Source of the DNA: Marsupella aquatica
Lineage: Eukaryota; Plantae; Marchantiophyta
Reading direction: 5' to 3'
DNA: 64,000 nucleotides
NCBI GenBank assembly: GCA_973895155.1
Contig: OZ316891.1
Span: 2,989,801-3,053,800 of the forward strand
This document shows, piece by piece, positions 34,712 to 47,886 of the stretch. Below the pieces are notes generated by a model. The model had not been told where the DNA came from. It ran no database searches and saw only the letters and a list, made by a program, of their open reading frames with translations. Both the position numbers and the translations under genes were made by a program. How positions within the stretch are numbered: position 1 is the first letter of the stretch; each line of letters starts with the position of its first letter.

Positions 34712-37700
34712 ATGGATCAGGCAAATGAGGATGGACAGTTGGGGCAAAGGAATCAGAGACATACCAATGAACTGCAACTCCCTTTGCATCACCCACTGAG
34801 GATTACACGTCATGACTCCAAGTTGTGGAATAGAGAGGTCCTTAGAGCAAGCCGGGGCAGAAATGCCCGGATGAGATGCCCCTGCATGCAATGTCGAGGA
34901 TACCACTCGATGACCCTGAACCAAGTGCATTCTCATCTTCAAAGGCATGGAAGACATCCAATCCGCAGGGTGTGGAATGTGCCAGAGGAAGAGGATTCAT
35001 CGGATGATGAATGGAGAGCAGATTTTGAAAATGTGAATACAGCAAGACGCTCTGCATTCTTTCATAACGTCACTGGTCATGCAGGCAACAATGCCGAAGA
35101 TGAGTATGTTCCACAGGGAGGTCCCGAGACTTCTAATGAGGACGGGGCAGATGTCCCTAGGATGGTTTCAGACATTTTTCAAGACCTGGATGCACTTTAT
35201 GAAGATGCAGAGGCACAGGGGGACGAAGAACCATACATGCATGTTGCAGATCCATCGGACCAAGAAGAGTTTGACATTGGAGAAGGAGCTGGAGATCATG
35301 GTCAATTCTTGGGAACTGGGGCCTACTTGGAGGAAGCTACGTCCCCATTGTATGGTGGTGCAAATTGCTCCAAACTAGGGTTCATAGTGATGTTCCTCAA
35401 TATATGTGGATGTCACCGTGTGCCCAACATATGTGTAACAGAGTTGTTGATGTTCCTACAGAGGACAGTACTACCCGCTGGAAACATTGCTCCTAAGAAC
35501 ATGTATGAGGCAAAGAAGGTGATGAGCAAACTTGGTTTGAATTATGTGTCCATCCATGCATGCCCAGATGGCCATGTACTTTTCAGAAAAGAATATGCTG
35601 ATTGCCTATCCTGCCCTATCTGCGGAAAGCACAGATATAAGAACGTGGGGAAGTCAACTCAACCTGCTAAGGTCCTACGGCATTTCCCTCTCATTCCAAG
35701 ATTGCAGCGCCTCTATAGGTGTCCATCCATTTCTAAGATGATGACTTGGACCTCTGATCAGAAGAGTACAGATGGTTTGCAACGTCACGTTGGAGATTCC
35801 AACCACTGGAAGTACATAGATGAGAAGTGGCCGGACTTTGCAGCAGAGAGCAGAAATGTGAGGTTTGGTCTAAGCCTTGACGGTGCTAATCCTTTTGGAG
35901 ACAAGAACAACGTGTATTCTTGCTGGCCAGTGACTTTGATAAATTATAATCTCCCGCCTTGGATATCCACCAAGCGTTTTTTTGTGATCTTGTGTCTTAT
36001 GATTCCCGGCCCAAACTCTGCTATAAGTGCAAACATAGATGTTTGGTTGGCCCCTGCGGTGGAGGAATGGGTTACTCTATGGACACATGGAGTTATGACA
36101 GTTGATGCACTTTGTGGACCTGGTAGACCGAGGACATTCAACCTACATGCAATGTGTGTTAATTCAATAGTAGACTACCCTGGACATAGCATGATATCTG
36201 GGCAGGTAGGGAAGGGATATATCTGGGTTGCACACGATGTGGCCCAGATGTTACATCTGAACGGTCCGTTTCCTTGGGCATCAAAAGGCAGACAATGATG
36301 GACACATCATTGGAGTATTGGAAGGTAACATTTGCATATTCACTTGTACTCAGTGAACCTCTTCAGATCCTATGCACAACAGTTTTTAGTTCTTGTGTCT
36401 GAACCTAATTGTGGCAATCATGCGTACTTCATGGGTGCAGGATTTTGAGCCAAGCAAACATAACATTGATGTAATGCACATTGAGAAGAATGTATGCAAA
36501 AGTCTTTTGAAGTTTCTGTCGGGGGACAACGATACTGCAGCAGTACGAAAGGACCTTCAGGAGAAGGGCATTTGTCCTCAACTTTGGCTGCAAGAATCCC
36601 AGAATAGGCCGGGTGTGGTTTTCAAGTACCAAGCTCCATATGTTTGCACCCAGAATGAGTGGAACACAATTTTGTCTAGGCTGAGTTCGTTCACAGTACC
36701 CTCTGGGTACGTTGGAGCCTTTGCAAAGCATATAAGGAAGAAGAAGTTGGGAAGCATGAAAACTCATGACTTCCATGTTATGATGCAAGACATTCTACCA
36801 GTATGTTTGAGGGGATTGATGCAAAAACCAGTTCGTAATGTCATTTTGAGACTGTGTCAGATCTTTCGTCGTATTTGTGTGAAGGTGTGGGACCCTACAA
36901 CATTTCCTCAGTTAAAGGCAGATACTGTGTGTGTGCTTTGTGACTTGGAGATTTATTTCCCGCCAACATTTTTTGATGTCATGACTCATTTGATCATCCA
37001 TGCGGTTGAAGATCTGGGCCACTACGGCCCAGTGAGTACAAGGTGGATGTATCCGATGGAACGATACATGAAGTTGCTAAAAGGCCATGTACGTACTTAT
37101 TACAGGCCTGAAGCAAACATGGCTCTCGGTTACATTCAAGAAGAGACCTTGGGGTTCCTTACAGAGTACATGGCTGGTGTAAACAGTGTTAGGAGCAGGG
37201 TGTGGGATGCTGAGGAAGAAGAGGGGGTGGCTGGAGAGGTTCTTCAAGGCGCTTTTAATTCCTTGCAATTGTCTGCAGAAGTTTGTGATGCAGCACACTT
37301 ATATGTCTTACACAATACAGTCATGATGCAACCTTGGTGGCAGTGAGTACTCATGTTTCCGCACCCTCCCTGCATTCCTTCTTTATTCATATCCATTTTG
37401 GTAGGATATGTACATTGTATTGAGAAATTGTTCTCATTGTCATCATGCAGGGAATACAATGTGCAGAAGGTCGCCCAATTAGGGTTAAATCACCAGGCAT
37501 TCCCTACTTTTCCTAAGTGGATCAGGACAACAATTCGAGAGCATAGCAGGCAGAACCCAAACATGGATAGAGATGTTCTCCTCTTGTCTGTGCCTCCCAG
37601 ACGTATTGTACAGCGGTATAAACGGATGAAAGCATATGGGAATCAGTACCGTGTGCATGATGATGAGGACAAGCATTTAGTGACATATAATTCGGGGGTA

Positions 37701-38207
37701 ATATCTGTGTTTGAGCATATAGATGCTCAGAGCAACAGGGGCTGGATGGAGATGGGATATGTTGGGGAGTTGGCAGACATCTGGGCACTGAATTATGGGA
37801 ACACATCACAAAAAATCATCCTAATGAAAGGTTCATGGGTGAAGCCAAATTGGCATGGGCCAAGAGCGACCATGAAACGGGATATGGATGGCTTTCTAAT
37901 GGTCAATTTTAACCAAAGACTGGCAGAATGGATGGAGCCTTTTGTGTTCCCAAGTCAAGTCGAGCAAGTATTTTTTTTAGATGTGGAGGAGTCTCGTGGT
38001 TGGCGTGTAGTCTGCCATAGCTCACCTAGAGTTCGAAGGATGGAGGGTACTAAAATAGAGTTCAGTTTGGATGCACATGGGGCCTTTGAACAGCCGGCAG
38101 TAGACGTTGTACATCGGGGCCAGGGGACCAGGGAGTACATCCCCTTGACAGTGAGACAGACTTATGAGGGAGAGGTTGAAGCTGACATGGACGAAGATGA
38201 TGAGTAG
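34712..38207 (+). pseudogene. TnpD-like transposase of CACTA 2 (frameshift plus internal deletion)
   Basis: Same motifs and intron positions as 18564-22295 (LSLDGANPFG, VDYPG, DVMHIEKN). Frameshift at ~36220 and loss of the segment between ..SERSVSLG and IKR.. (~36278) that holds YMGHRRFL in element 1. Confidence 0.9.
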
Positions 38208-38319
38208 TTGGATTTTTTTTTTGTGATCGAGTAGGTGACTCTTTGAAGTGCAATGAGTAGCAAGTATGAGCAATAAATGGATGACTTGTTTGTGCAACCG
38301 CAGTAACTTGGTGAGTAGG

Positions 38320-41300
38320 ATGCTAGACAAAAATGGCATGTGTGAGTATGAGAAGCAGGCTGTGAAACACCGAGCATGGGTTCGCCAATGTGCCGCAGCC
38401 CTGTTGGGTGATGTGCAAGAGGCTATTTCGGATATGTAAGGGACTGTGCATAGTATGAGCTGTATGTGTATCTCGTTGTGTGTGTCTATTCATTGTGTAG
38501 CTTCTGTAATGGACTACTACATACATAACCTGTGTCGAATTTCATGTGGGTGTTGCAGTAACAAAAGTATCCCAACACTGTCGAAGCGGGGTCAGTGTAG
38601 ACGGAAGACCTTCTGTAATCTTGACGGACCTAGGCGACGTAGTGAGAGGTTGACTTCAAAGACCCCTATTTCAATGGCTGAATCTCCTGATAAGAATGAG
38701 GTAGAGGATTGCATGCCTGATGTTGGTGATACAGAATATGATCCTGACCAAGATCCAAATGCAAGTGCTAGCATGTCAGAGGATGATGACATGCCAAATC
38801 CTACCCCTCCACCAAAGCCTGCTTGCAGTAAGGCAACTGGGGGAACTTCTATGAGATCTCGACCGACGCCCTCTGTATACTTAGCCCAAGCCCCAAGCAA
38901 CAGCAATTGCAATAACCCGCAATTTAATGCCCCCAACTATAACTGGCTGCAAGCACGACAGGGGGGCCAATAACTATGGCGGGTCTATGGGTGTAGGCCC
39001 TTCTGCCAGCTATATGGGTCCAAGTTGGCCAAGTAAGTGTGAACATTTTAATTTGTTTCATGTGGATAAGTGTATTTTGAGCTCAAATTGGCTGATTGTG
39101 TTCCTCAATAGATGTGGGTCTGAGTATGACAATTTGCCTGGTCTGATGTGAATGGCAGACCCAATGTGGGACCGTATGCAGCCCACAAATATGTATGAAG
39201 GAGGGTCAATGGGGCCATCGGGGCAATTCATGGGAGGTCCTCTCCCAATGGCGACAGGATGGCAAGGTTATGGTGGGTATGGTGGGAACCCAGCACCAGC
39301 ACCAGCACCAGCACCTTCAGTCCAACCGACACAGAGTCTGCGGAGGGGAGGAGGTATTTTCTACAGCAGTTCTAAGTAAAGTATTGAAATCAGGTAGTTC
39401 ACAGAGACCATATGATATTAATGGTGTTAATTGCGTTTCTCTTTTCAGATAACCCTATCACACCCTGCTCAGGCCATGGGGGAGCAATTCCTGGATTTGC
39501 AACACCAAGTAGTGCGTCAGGGAGCACTGAGAGAGGTGAGAATGTGAAGCTGGGTACTGTTGAAGTTGATGATGAAGGCCGGATCACAACGATGAGTGCT
39601 GGAAAGAATAGATGGCACAATGACTTGCGAATGGAGTGTCTACGGTGGTTGGACATTAGCTGTACTAACTTTAATTGTCAACATCCATCTGACTGGGAAC
39701 TGGTTTGCAAATATATGCGAGACAAGTGGGAATATTTGGGGAATTCTAGGAAAGGAGTCAATGCTGATTGTCTTGCAGAGTATGGACGAACTATCATGAA
39801 AATAGAGAGGCATCGATTGCACAAAGCATGGATTGCTGATGGCAGTAAACCACATGCTGAAGCACCCCCAAGTGTTCATGTAGAACAATGGGCTCGACTG
39901 AGAGGGACATTCCTGTCTAGGGCAGGACAGGAGAAGTCTACACAAATGATTGCTGCTAGAAATGCAGTGAAGAATCCTACGCTTACAAGGAGGGGAGGAC
40001 ATGCACCAGTAGTAGCCAAATTGGTTGGGTTCCCATGCCATACATATCTTTATTTACATTTCAATATTTGAGTGGACTGTATGTAGTTGTAGCAGCACGC
40101 TACGTTTAGGCAAGATTGACATTGAGAAACGTGTCTTGCAATGTTTATGTGCTCCAGAAAAAGCTTACTAGAGAGAAACCCACAAAAGAGGAGGTTGTGG
40201 CAGAAATCAAAAGGGTAAAGTGTGATGAAGGCAGCATTGGATCTAAACAGGTAATTTAGAAGCATTATTGATGGACAATCTGTTATACAGTCCTTCTTCA
40301 GATGTACAGTATTGTCAGCCCTTATGCAATTGTAAAATTGCTGAGAAGAGCCGTTTGGTTGGTGTATGTGATATATAGCAGGGAGCAGTGTCTACCCTTA
40401 CAGAGATATCAGACCGGTTGAAGACTGTGGAGAATGCTTGGCCATCAGTAGAGACTGAGATCAAGAGTCAATTCAAGGACATAGCTAGTCTTCTTCAAAG
40501 CCAAGGATCAACCTTAAGGGAAGTACAAGCTGAACTACGTGAGTTGCGGGCGATGCACATTGCTGGCAGGGTTGAGCACCCAATTGCACATCCATATGAA
40601 GAGCCTGCAAATATTGTGGAAGTTGTGCCTACAAAGAAGAGTGGTACGTGTCATCTGAAATCATGTTTAGTGTAGTGTGACTTTACCTAGGAATTTGAGG
40701 TTCATGGATGCAGGATGGTTCAGGTTCAGGTTCTAGACCCTGAAGGTTTGTTACATTGTGTATCAGGTGATCAGATTGCAGTGGCTGCAGCAGATCCAAA
40801 GATCATCGAACCTGGTACAATTGTCATTGAGACTAAGTAAATGTTGGTTTGAAGACTCTGTCTGGCCTGTTAATGTGGTTGAGTATCTACGCCATGTACG
40901 TTCAATTAGTGCAAACTTGATGGTTTGTTGACAGCTTTAGTGCCTATATGCTTAGTTGTAAATGAAGGAATTTGTGGCTACTATTGAGGTACAGAGCCAG
41001 CACAGGAGGAGGTGCGCATACCAAATCCAGCAGGCAGGAAGAGGAGACGAAACTTAGAGGCTACCAAATTTTCAGATTCACAGGAGAAGCAGACTGATGA
41101 CAATGATGTGATTTTCATAGACTCTCAACCTCCCCCAGGTATTGGAGATGAGTTTTCTCAATCCCCACCACTGATGAACATGGGAAAGATGAGGACCAGA
41201 AACAGTGGGAAGGAGACTTTGCCTTACAAGGCACCAAAGAAGAAGAGGAATAACACTTCTCCAAAAGGGACAGCAGTGAGCATTGTAGCACAGTCTTCTA

Positions 41301-41539
41301 GGCTAATGGCAATTGATAATTCTGGTGTTTGTGTTGGGCAAGGCATACTTCAAATTGAAGCAAGTACTTTCCATGGAAAGAAGGTACTTGCTGATCATGT
41401 TGTGCTGTTGTTGACTGCTGTCAGTAAGCCCAAATATCTTCTACCCTTTCCAAACAAGGGAGATGATCCGCCACACATCCATCTTGTGGATGCTGTGGAA
41501 TCATTTGTGATGTGGCCTAAGAAATTTGTAGAGTGTTAG
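38320..41539 (+). pseudogene. TnpA-like multi-exon gene of CACTA 2, probably decayed
   Basis: MCEYEKQAV.., NRWHNDLRMECLRWLD..WARL..EKSTQMIAAR and FHGKKV..LPFPNKGDDPP..LVDAVESFVMWP are collinear with 14701-18407. Confidence 0.72.
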
Positions 41540-44050
41540 GTACCAAATACAATTTGAGACTCAAAATGTGAAGGATTGTTTCAATATATGACCACAATTT
41601 GGAGTACATGATGTTGGGTAATACTTTTTTTTTATGGATTGCTCATATTTTGAGTTATTATCATGCCATTGTTAGTTGGATTGGTGCTTTTGTGACATTA
41701 ATGACTCAGTCTCGACTATGAATGACAACATTGTCTACGGAAACTAGTGCGGTCAATTGAGTGTTATCAATCACTCACGGAAAACCCCATATGACTCGAA
41801 CTAAGTCATTCTAAACACTTATGTTTGACTGATGTATGGTTCCAATACTTGACCCTCTAGTCACTAAAATGACTAATGACACTAGTCAATAATATGACTA
41901 AGTTAATCCAAGTCACCACTTTTACGACTACTAGTTGCAAGAACGACGTCAGTGATTTTCAGTCATACATGACCGGTTTTAGTCATAGTCAGTCGTATTT
42001 TATGGTAAAAAATAGGGGGTATTTCTACTAGTGAGATTAGGCCGGCTACGTATCTCATGACCCGATGAAGGATCTGTCCAGTATATGTGTGTAAAATGTT
42101 AATAGTAGTAGTAGGAGGTTAGCAGCGTCCCATGCTGCTAAGCCGCAGAAACGGCCTCGCCGAGCACAAAACCTGCAGGAATCGGCTTGTGCGGGGGGGG
42201 TTTCTTGGGTTTGGGGAGCCATGGGACGCACCACACCTTGCATTACAATCTCTCTTGCTTTTGTGTGGGCCAGTCCTGGGAGTAGGGGCAGGAGAAGAGC
42301 ATTTTTGCCAAGACAAGGTAAGTTTTCAATGGACATGACTCTCCTTTTGTGTTCATTCAACTTCAATTTCTGGAGGAGCGTTTCTGGTAAGGTGAGCATT
42401 TCTGAAGTTTTCAATTCACGTGAAGGAAGAGGGTTCTGTTGTTGACAGAACGGTTGACAGAACGGAACATTTAGCTTGTTGATTGGTTGATAGCTCCCAT
42501 ATATGATGGGATAACAAGCCCACAATGCCTCACAATGACGTTCATGGTTCCCAAAATTAGCCAAATTGGTTGTTACACTCATTCCAGCTTCAAATTTGGG
42601 TGAAATTTGTCGCTCTTGTCCCATCCCTTGTAGTCTCGTATCACGTTTGTTAGTTGAATCTAGAATTATGATGACATCAATCACACTCAAGCTCTGCACT
42701 TTTGGCACTACCATCAGCGTGAAATCATAGAATGCCGTGATATGGTTTCACAAGATCAAAACTACACGGGTGTACTCCTACTACCGGTATAGTAGTAGCG
42801 TACAGAGTTTCTTCAGGGACAGACATGACAAAAATGTAATTATTGAAAGCAAATATATGGCTGTCAGCATAGATCATGAGAGCAGGAGATATTTAGTCAA
42901 AATTTCATTGTGAGTGAGGTCGAGAGCTGGCAAGGAGGAAAGAGGACCAAGAGCTCACTTGCCTGTGGCTCATTATCGACACAGGGTAACCAGACTCTGG
43001 TTGACATTTTTCTTTCATTAGATACACTGCTGTGAATTGCATGTGAGCTTCTTCTTGCTTTGCCACGATGTAATCCTGCTGCTGAGCTTGAAATTGTGTC
43101 TCAAAGTGTGTTGGCTGGGCTTCAAAGCAGGGCGTTTTGACCCTTATCACCCCTACTTGCAGGCATGACTTCTTCACTGACTAGTCCCTCACCTTATTAA
43201 CTTGGGCATCATGTACCATTCCCCCTCCCCATTCCCCCTCCCTTGTACAATTGTGATGGTGTAACTATGCTAGCTACATGTCAATGGCAATTATAGTGTT
43301 GTCTCCAGTTCGGTAGCCTGTCTAGAAATTAAAGCCTTCAGGGGGTGATTTACTTGCCTTCTAATTCCTTTCAAAGGCAGGTTTGACTCAATGGCTTCTC
43401 GACAGGACTTGGAGAATCTTGCAAAGGCATATTTTGGGAACATAATGGAGGCAAATTAAAGGATTACTTGACATACCTGGAGTCAATGTTTTCTGACAAA
43501 CTTTGGCCTGCTTGGCAAGCCGAGATGTCAACTTCCAAGAACCTAGGTCGTTATTCCCAACATCTTAAGCAAGAGATTGACAGGTTGAAGGCAAAAAACC
43601 GCAAGGTTCATGAAGACAACATTATGTTGGAATCCATGCAATCTGAGGTTGTTCAGATATTACAAAAGAGAGTGCACAAACACAAGGAAGTAGTTGTGGA
43701 CAATGGAGGCAATAGGAAAATTTGCTAGGAACACGTGCACCTTTGCTTCCAATTTCCCTGAACCTTTCCAAGATTGTTGCCTACAACATAGATGCAGATT
43801 GGACAACTGTGGGCAAGGGCAAATGTGCACTTCCCTTGGTGTCTACTACACCCGACATGTGCAACCCTATAGGGCCAACAGGCATGGCCAGGATGCTATT
43901 CCTTTGAGGCCTTGAAAGAGAATTTGTGTAGAGAGTGATAGTCTTGGCCTTGGGGCTTGACTATAGAAAGAGTAATGTTGTATTTATGTGAAGAAGAGTT
44001 GTTTTTGCTTTTGCTTGGACATACTTTGTAGCAACTCAAAACTTTATTAG

Positions 44051-44198
44051 TGTTGTGGGAGAAAATGAGACAAAGAGTTAGTTCCATCTTTACTCTTGGT
44101 AGAATATGTACATGTGGCTACGGCCTAAGTAGTTAGGGTAGTTACATAGGTAGTTATCCCAAAGGTAGACTTAACTCAAGTATGAGTTAATTACAACA
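44051..44198 (-). repeat. 3' LTR (148 bp)
   Basis: Direct repeat of 47743-47886; adjacent PPT. Confidence 0.93.
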
Positions 44199-45828
44199 CT
44201 CCCCCTTTGTAACATTGGGGTTGAAATGTTACAATCAAGAGTCTACTTTGGGTATATTCAGTGGTATACAATAGGTTTTGTTTATGTCTAGCCTATTTTA
44301 TAAATGGTGTAGCCATCTCAAGTCTACTATAAATGAATGTCAAGCTTCTCCTAATAGATGTCTTATAATTCATGTTGCATGGTAAAGTGTAAGTGGGGGA
44401 TGTAACCTCATTAAAACCTCCCCTACTTTCTTTGTGGGAGGAAAGAGTATTACCATCCCCATGGGTGAAACATAATTGGGTTTAAGCATATAGTGTATGT
44501 GTAATTTCTACAAAGTCTCTTAAGGTGCTTGTCAGCACTATAGGCTTGTTGAAGATCTTCCTTGGTTGATTGTTTCTCGTGTCTCCTTCCAATCGGGAAA
44601 TGGAGACTCCTTGATGGTCACCGATTACATGCCATGACAAAGTAAAGTATTAGTACAAAATGAAGATGATATGGTGTAATCCATGGCCTTGGAATTGGAT
44701 TGGGTGTCCAACCCTAGATTTGGTGTGGGCATAACCTATTTGCACCACATCACGTACCATATCCACAATATAGGGTTATCATATTGGGGTATGGCACACC
44801 ATCTCTTATGGTGCCTTACCATGCCATGTCTCACCTTATGGTACCTTATGACCTGGTACTGTACCTCATATTATCATATGGTACTTTAATATCCAGTATA
44901 CCTCATCAAGTATTGGTAAGTGATTGTGTTAACACCATGTTCAATCATTTATAAAAATTCCTTAGATTTCATGATTTGCCATATGCATGGAATAGAGTTC
45001 CATTTTTAGGTATTCATTGGTGCGAAAGGCACTTGTGCAATAGGCACATCCCATGGGTTACATTGCTTGATGTCAAGTCTTACTTGAGGTCTCCCCCTCA
45101 ATTTGTCATTTACTTCCATGTGCAGTAGGCACTCATTGGCTTCCATGTGTAGTAGGCACGGAGCTTAACTTTTAAGTGCCGTAGGCAGCTTTTAAATGCA
45201 GTAGGCACGTTGGGAAAAACAATTCTCCCCCTGAATTTGTGAATGGCAATTCTAATATGGTAATATTCCCAATAGATATCTTTCATTTTAATGCCATTTC
45301 GTCCCCGTTCTTAGTATGTGTGTTTCCCTGGTTCAGTGCACATTGTTCTTTGTATACGCAAATCTATTTGATGGGTTTTGCAATTAAGGAGGGTTTGCAC
45401 TTAGCGGTATGTTCTCGACGTTTTCTCGACGTTTCAGCGTTTTTGTTGCGAGATTTGTTCTTTGCTGCGCGCGTTCCCTTCGTGCTCTTATCCTCTTTTC
45501 TCCGAGGGTCTTTTGTTCGTGCTCCCTAAATGTGAAATCTTCCTTCAATCTCCATTGTCATGGATGTGTAAAGTCGATCAAGTTCTTGGTGTCTCCATCG
45601 ACATAGTAAAGTCTGGTGAGAATGCCGGTAGGAAAGGCTGTCATCATCGCAGTACGGCTTAGAAAACTAGAGCATCCAGTAGCTCGGTTTCCTCTTCTTT
45701 ATCATCTTCCTTCAGGGTACCAGCTGCTCTCGAACAAACCCATCGTTGCTCTCCAGAAGGGGCAACGGCGAATGAGGGTAATTCACGGGACCTGCCTACG
45801 CTATCTCCAGTGATTTGTCCGGTGTATG

Positions 45829-46284
45829 CTAGGGTCCTTTTATGTTATCCAGAGCCACTAAATATGCAGTTTGGGTCTCCAAGGGGGATGGCATTGACGG
45901 ATTTCGAAGCTCATACTGCAAACGCCATGTGATAGTGCTTGAGCTCTCTCCAAAGACTTCGTCGGGGATCACGTTGATGAACATAAAATAGAGGTGGTAG
46001 CGTTTGTGATACCTTCCACCGACGCATCTCGCAGCGTACATACGGGATTTCTCATCCCTGACTTCTACTTTGTGGATCAGGTACCTTTCATCGGTTGTAT
46101 CTGGAAACAAAGATAATTGTTCACAAAATTTCACGGAGTAATTTGCGAGGTAGACACTTCCTATGGCTCCATCACCCTCAAGGTAATCAAAGTAAGCAAG
46201 GACGCCATTGTCGCGAGCCAGATTGGCGATGATCCTGTGGTCGCGAATGTTCTCCCAAGCTGCTGAAACCGGCACATCACGCAA
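45829..46284 (-). CDS. Uncharacterised ORF inside the non-autonomous LTR element
   Basis: 151 codons with globular-protein-like composition. Non-ATG start and stops just upstream; no recognised motif. Confidence 0.3.
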   Translation of the reverse strand: MRDVPVSAAWENIRDHRIIANLARDNGVLAYFDYLEGDGAIGSVYLANYSVKFCEQLSLFPDTTDERYLIHKVEVRDEKSRMYAARCVGGRYHKRYHLYFMFINVIPDEVFGESSSTITWRLQYELRNPSMPSPLETQTAYLVALDNIKGP

Positions 46285-47729
46285 CTCCTTAGAAAATTGC
46301 AGGAACTACGGACCAGACTTCTTATCCAATTTTAGCTTTCAAAAACTTGCTCCAGTCAGCTTTGGCGCCGCCCTGCTGTCAATTTTGAACGAACCTGAGG
46401 ACTCCCGACTCCGACTCCGTCATTGAGTAGGGCAGGGGCTTGGTATCAGAACTATCAATATTCATCGAGTGTTGATCCATTGCGCTTGGGAGCAACCGCT
46501 TGTGGGTGTGGCAAGTACAGTTTTCTCAATCAGGCAGGTGTTCTCTCTGCGATAGCCGAATTTCACTCCAAGATAGTTGCATCCCGTGCGGCTATCATTG
46601 GCTATCGAACGAGGCCTGTCCCTATGAGGTCGCGATGTCCTAATCGAATTCTTCTTTCTGCTTTTCGATCGTCTTCTCTCTATTGCTGTCATCTTGCTCT
46701 TCTTATCCTTTTCACCCTAGAGGGGAATGCTGCTTTTCAGGATCGGTTACTCTCGAAGGGCGAAAGATTCATCAATGACTGACGAAGAATGTAATCTTGT
46801 GATCCTCGGTTGGGGATAGACTTCCATTTTGTTCTGCTTTCTTCTTGAGTTCTCTTCGAATCTTCTAAGAAAAATTTCCTTATCTCCTGCTATCCTTACG
46901 AGTTCCTTATGGAATTGAGGCTATGATCTGCGCCTTGGATCGGTTTGCTTGTGTGATGATCTCGCTGCCTGAAGTGGAGGTCGCTACTTTCTATGGTCTG
47001 CAAGTCGCGACTTTCTTCACTTGCCTCTTTTCACACTTCTTACGCGATTGCTCCAAATCCTTCTTTCGTTTTCCAGTGATGCGACCAACGGGTTTAATTT
47101 CCCCATGTTTGTCCTGCTTTTCTGTCAGCATAGTGTCGGGAAAGCTAGTGTCGGGAAAGAAATCACAACATCCTGTTACTGCTTCATCCATTTCGAATGC
47201 CTCCAGCGGTAGACTCGAGTAGAACTGGAAGCAAACACAGGAAACAGAGTAGGTTGTCGTACTCGAATCTATTGTGCGCTCACGACCAGCCGTCAGTGAG
47301 CTGGTGCTCGCTAGAAATCTTATCAATCAAAGATGTAGTTGGTGTGAGGGTCTTGCTCGCCAGGGAATGAGAAAACACCTTGGCCACCAACTGCCGACTC
47401 CTCGAAATGGCTGGAGTTCCAATCGCTGGCTCGTTTCCAGATTCATGAACGCGTCAACAACACTGGCTCTGACTGACTGTTGCTATTGCCTTACTGTTGT
47501 ACCGACTTGAAAAGCGTGCACCAAATAAGATGGCGCCTTGATATTCAATTCACCATAGCCGGGATCAATTCTTCCTTGGCGTTTCTCCCAAAGAAAAATT
47601 GCTTGTGCAGCGCTTCGAGCAGCTCTCGCAAAAAAAAACTTTGGAACATTCGAAAATCACGTCTTTCCCTTCTTTCTTCGTCTTAGAGTGAATCAGTCAT
47701 GGCCTAAAAAATTCAGCCAGTCTTAGGCT

Positions 47730-47742
47730 CGTGCTGATAACG
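47730..47742 (-). promoter_or_regulatory. PBS complementary to a tRNA anticodon region (half-tRNA-Ile type)
   Basis: Minus strand CGTTATCAGCACG directly abuts the LTR and lacks the TGG of a 3'-CCA primer. It matches the anticodon arm of tRNA-Ile(AAU) CGTGCT[A>I]ATAACG as I recall it. Confidence 0.7.
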
Positions 47743-47886
47743 TGTTGTGGGAGAAAATGAGACAAAGAGTTAGTTCCATCTTTACTCTTGGTAGAATATG
47801 TACATGTGGCTACGGCCTAAGTAGTTAGGGTAGTTACATAGGTAGTTATCCCAAAGGTAGACTTAACTCAAGTATGAGTTACAACA
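47743..47886 (-). repeat. 5' LTR (144 bp)
   Basis: Direct repeat of 44051-44198, followed by TSD ATTAG. Confidence 0.93.

Larger units (their letters stand above)
32394..42033 (+). mobile_element. CACTA transposon 2, decayed, 5' end missing
   Basis: Right TIR rc CACTAGTAGAAATACC ends at 42033, with TGACT/AGTCA subterminal repeats at ~41700-42000. BRCT, TnpD and TnpA homologs on the + strand. No matching left TIR seen. Confidence 0.82.
44051..47886 (-). mobile_element. Non-autonomous LTR retroelement (3836 bp), recent insertion
   Basis: LTRs 44051-44198 and 47743-47886 (TG..CA, identical except a 4-bp indel). TSD ATTAG on both sides. PPT rc GGGGGAG at 44199-44205. PBS adjacent to the right LTR. 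No RT or integrase motifs inside. Confidence 0.92.

Noticed and set aside
42055-43915. 219-aa ORF and possible exon fragments between CACTA 2 and the small LTR element
   Set aside because: No recognisable domain. Splice-like signals and a short coiled-coil-like piece (43468-43728) exist but cannot be assembled into a supported gene.
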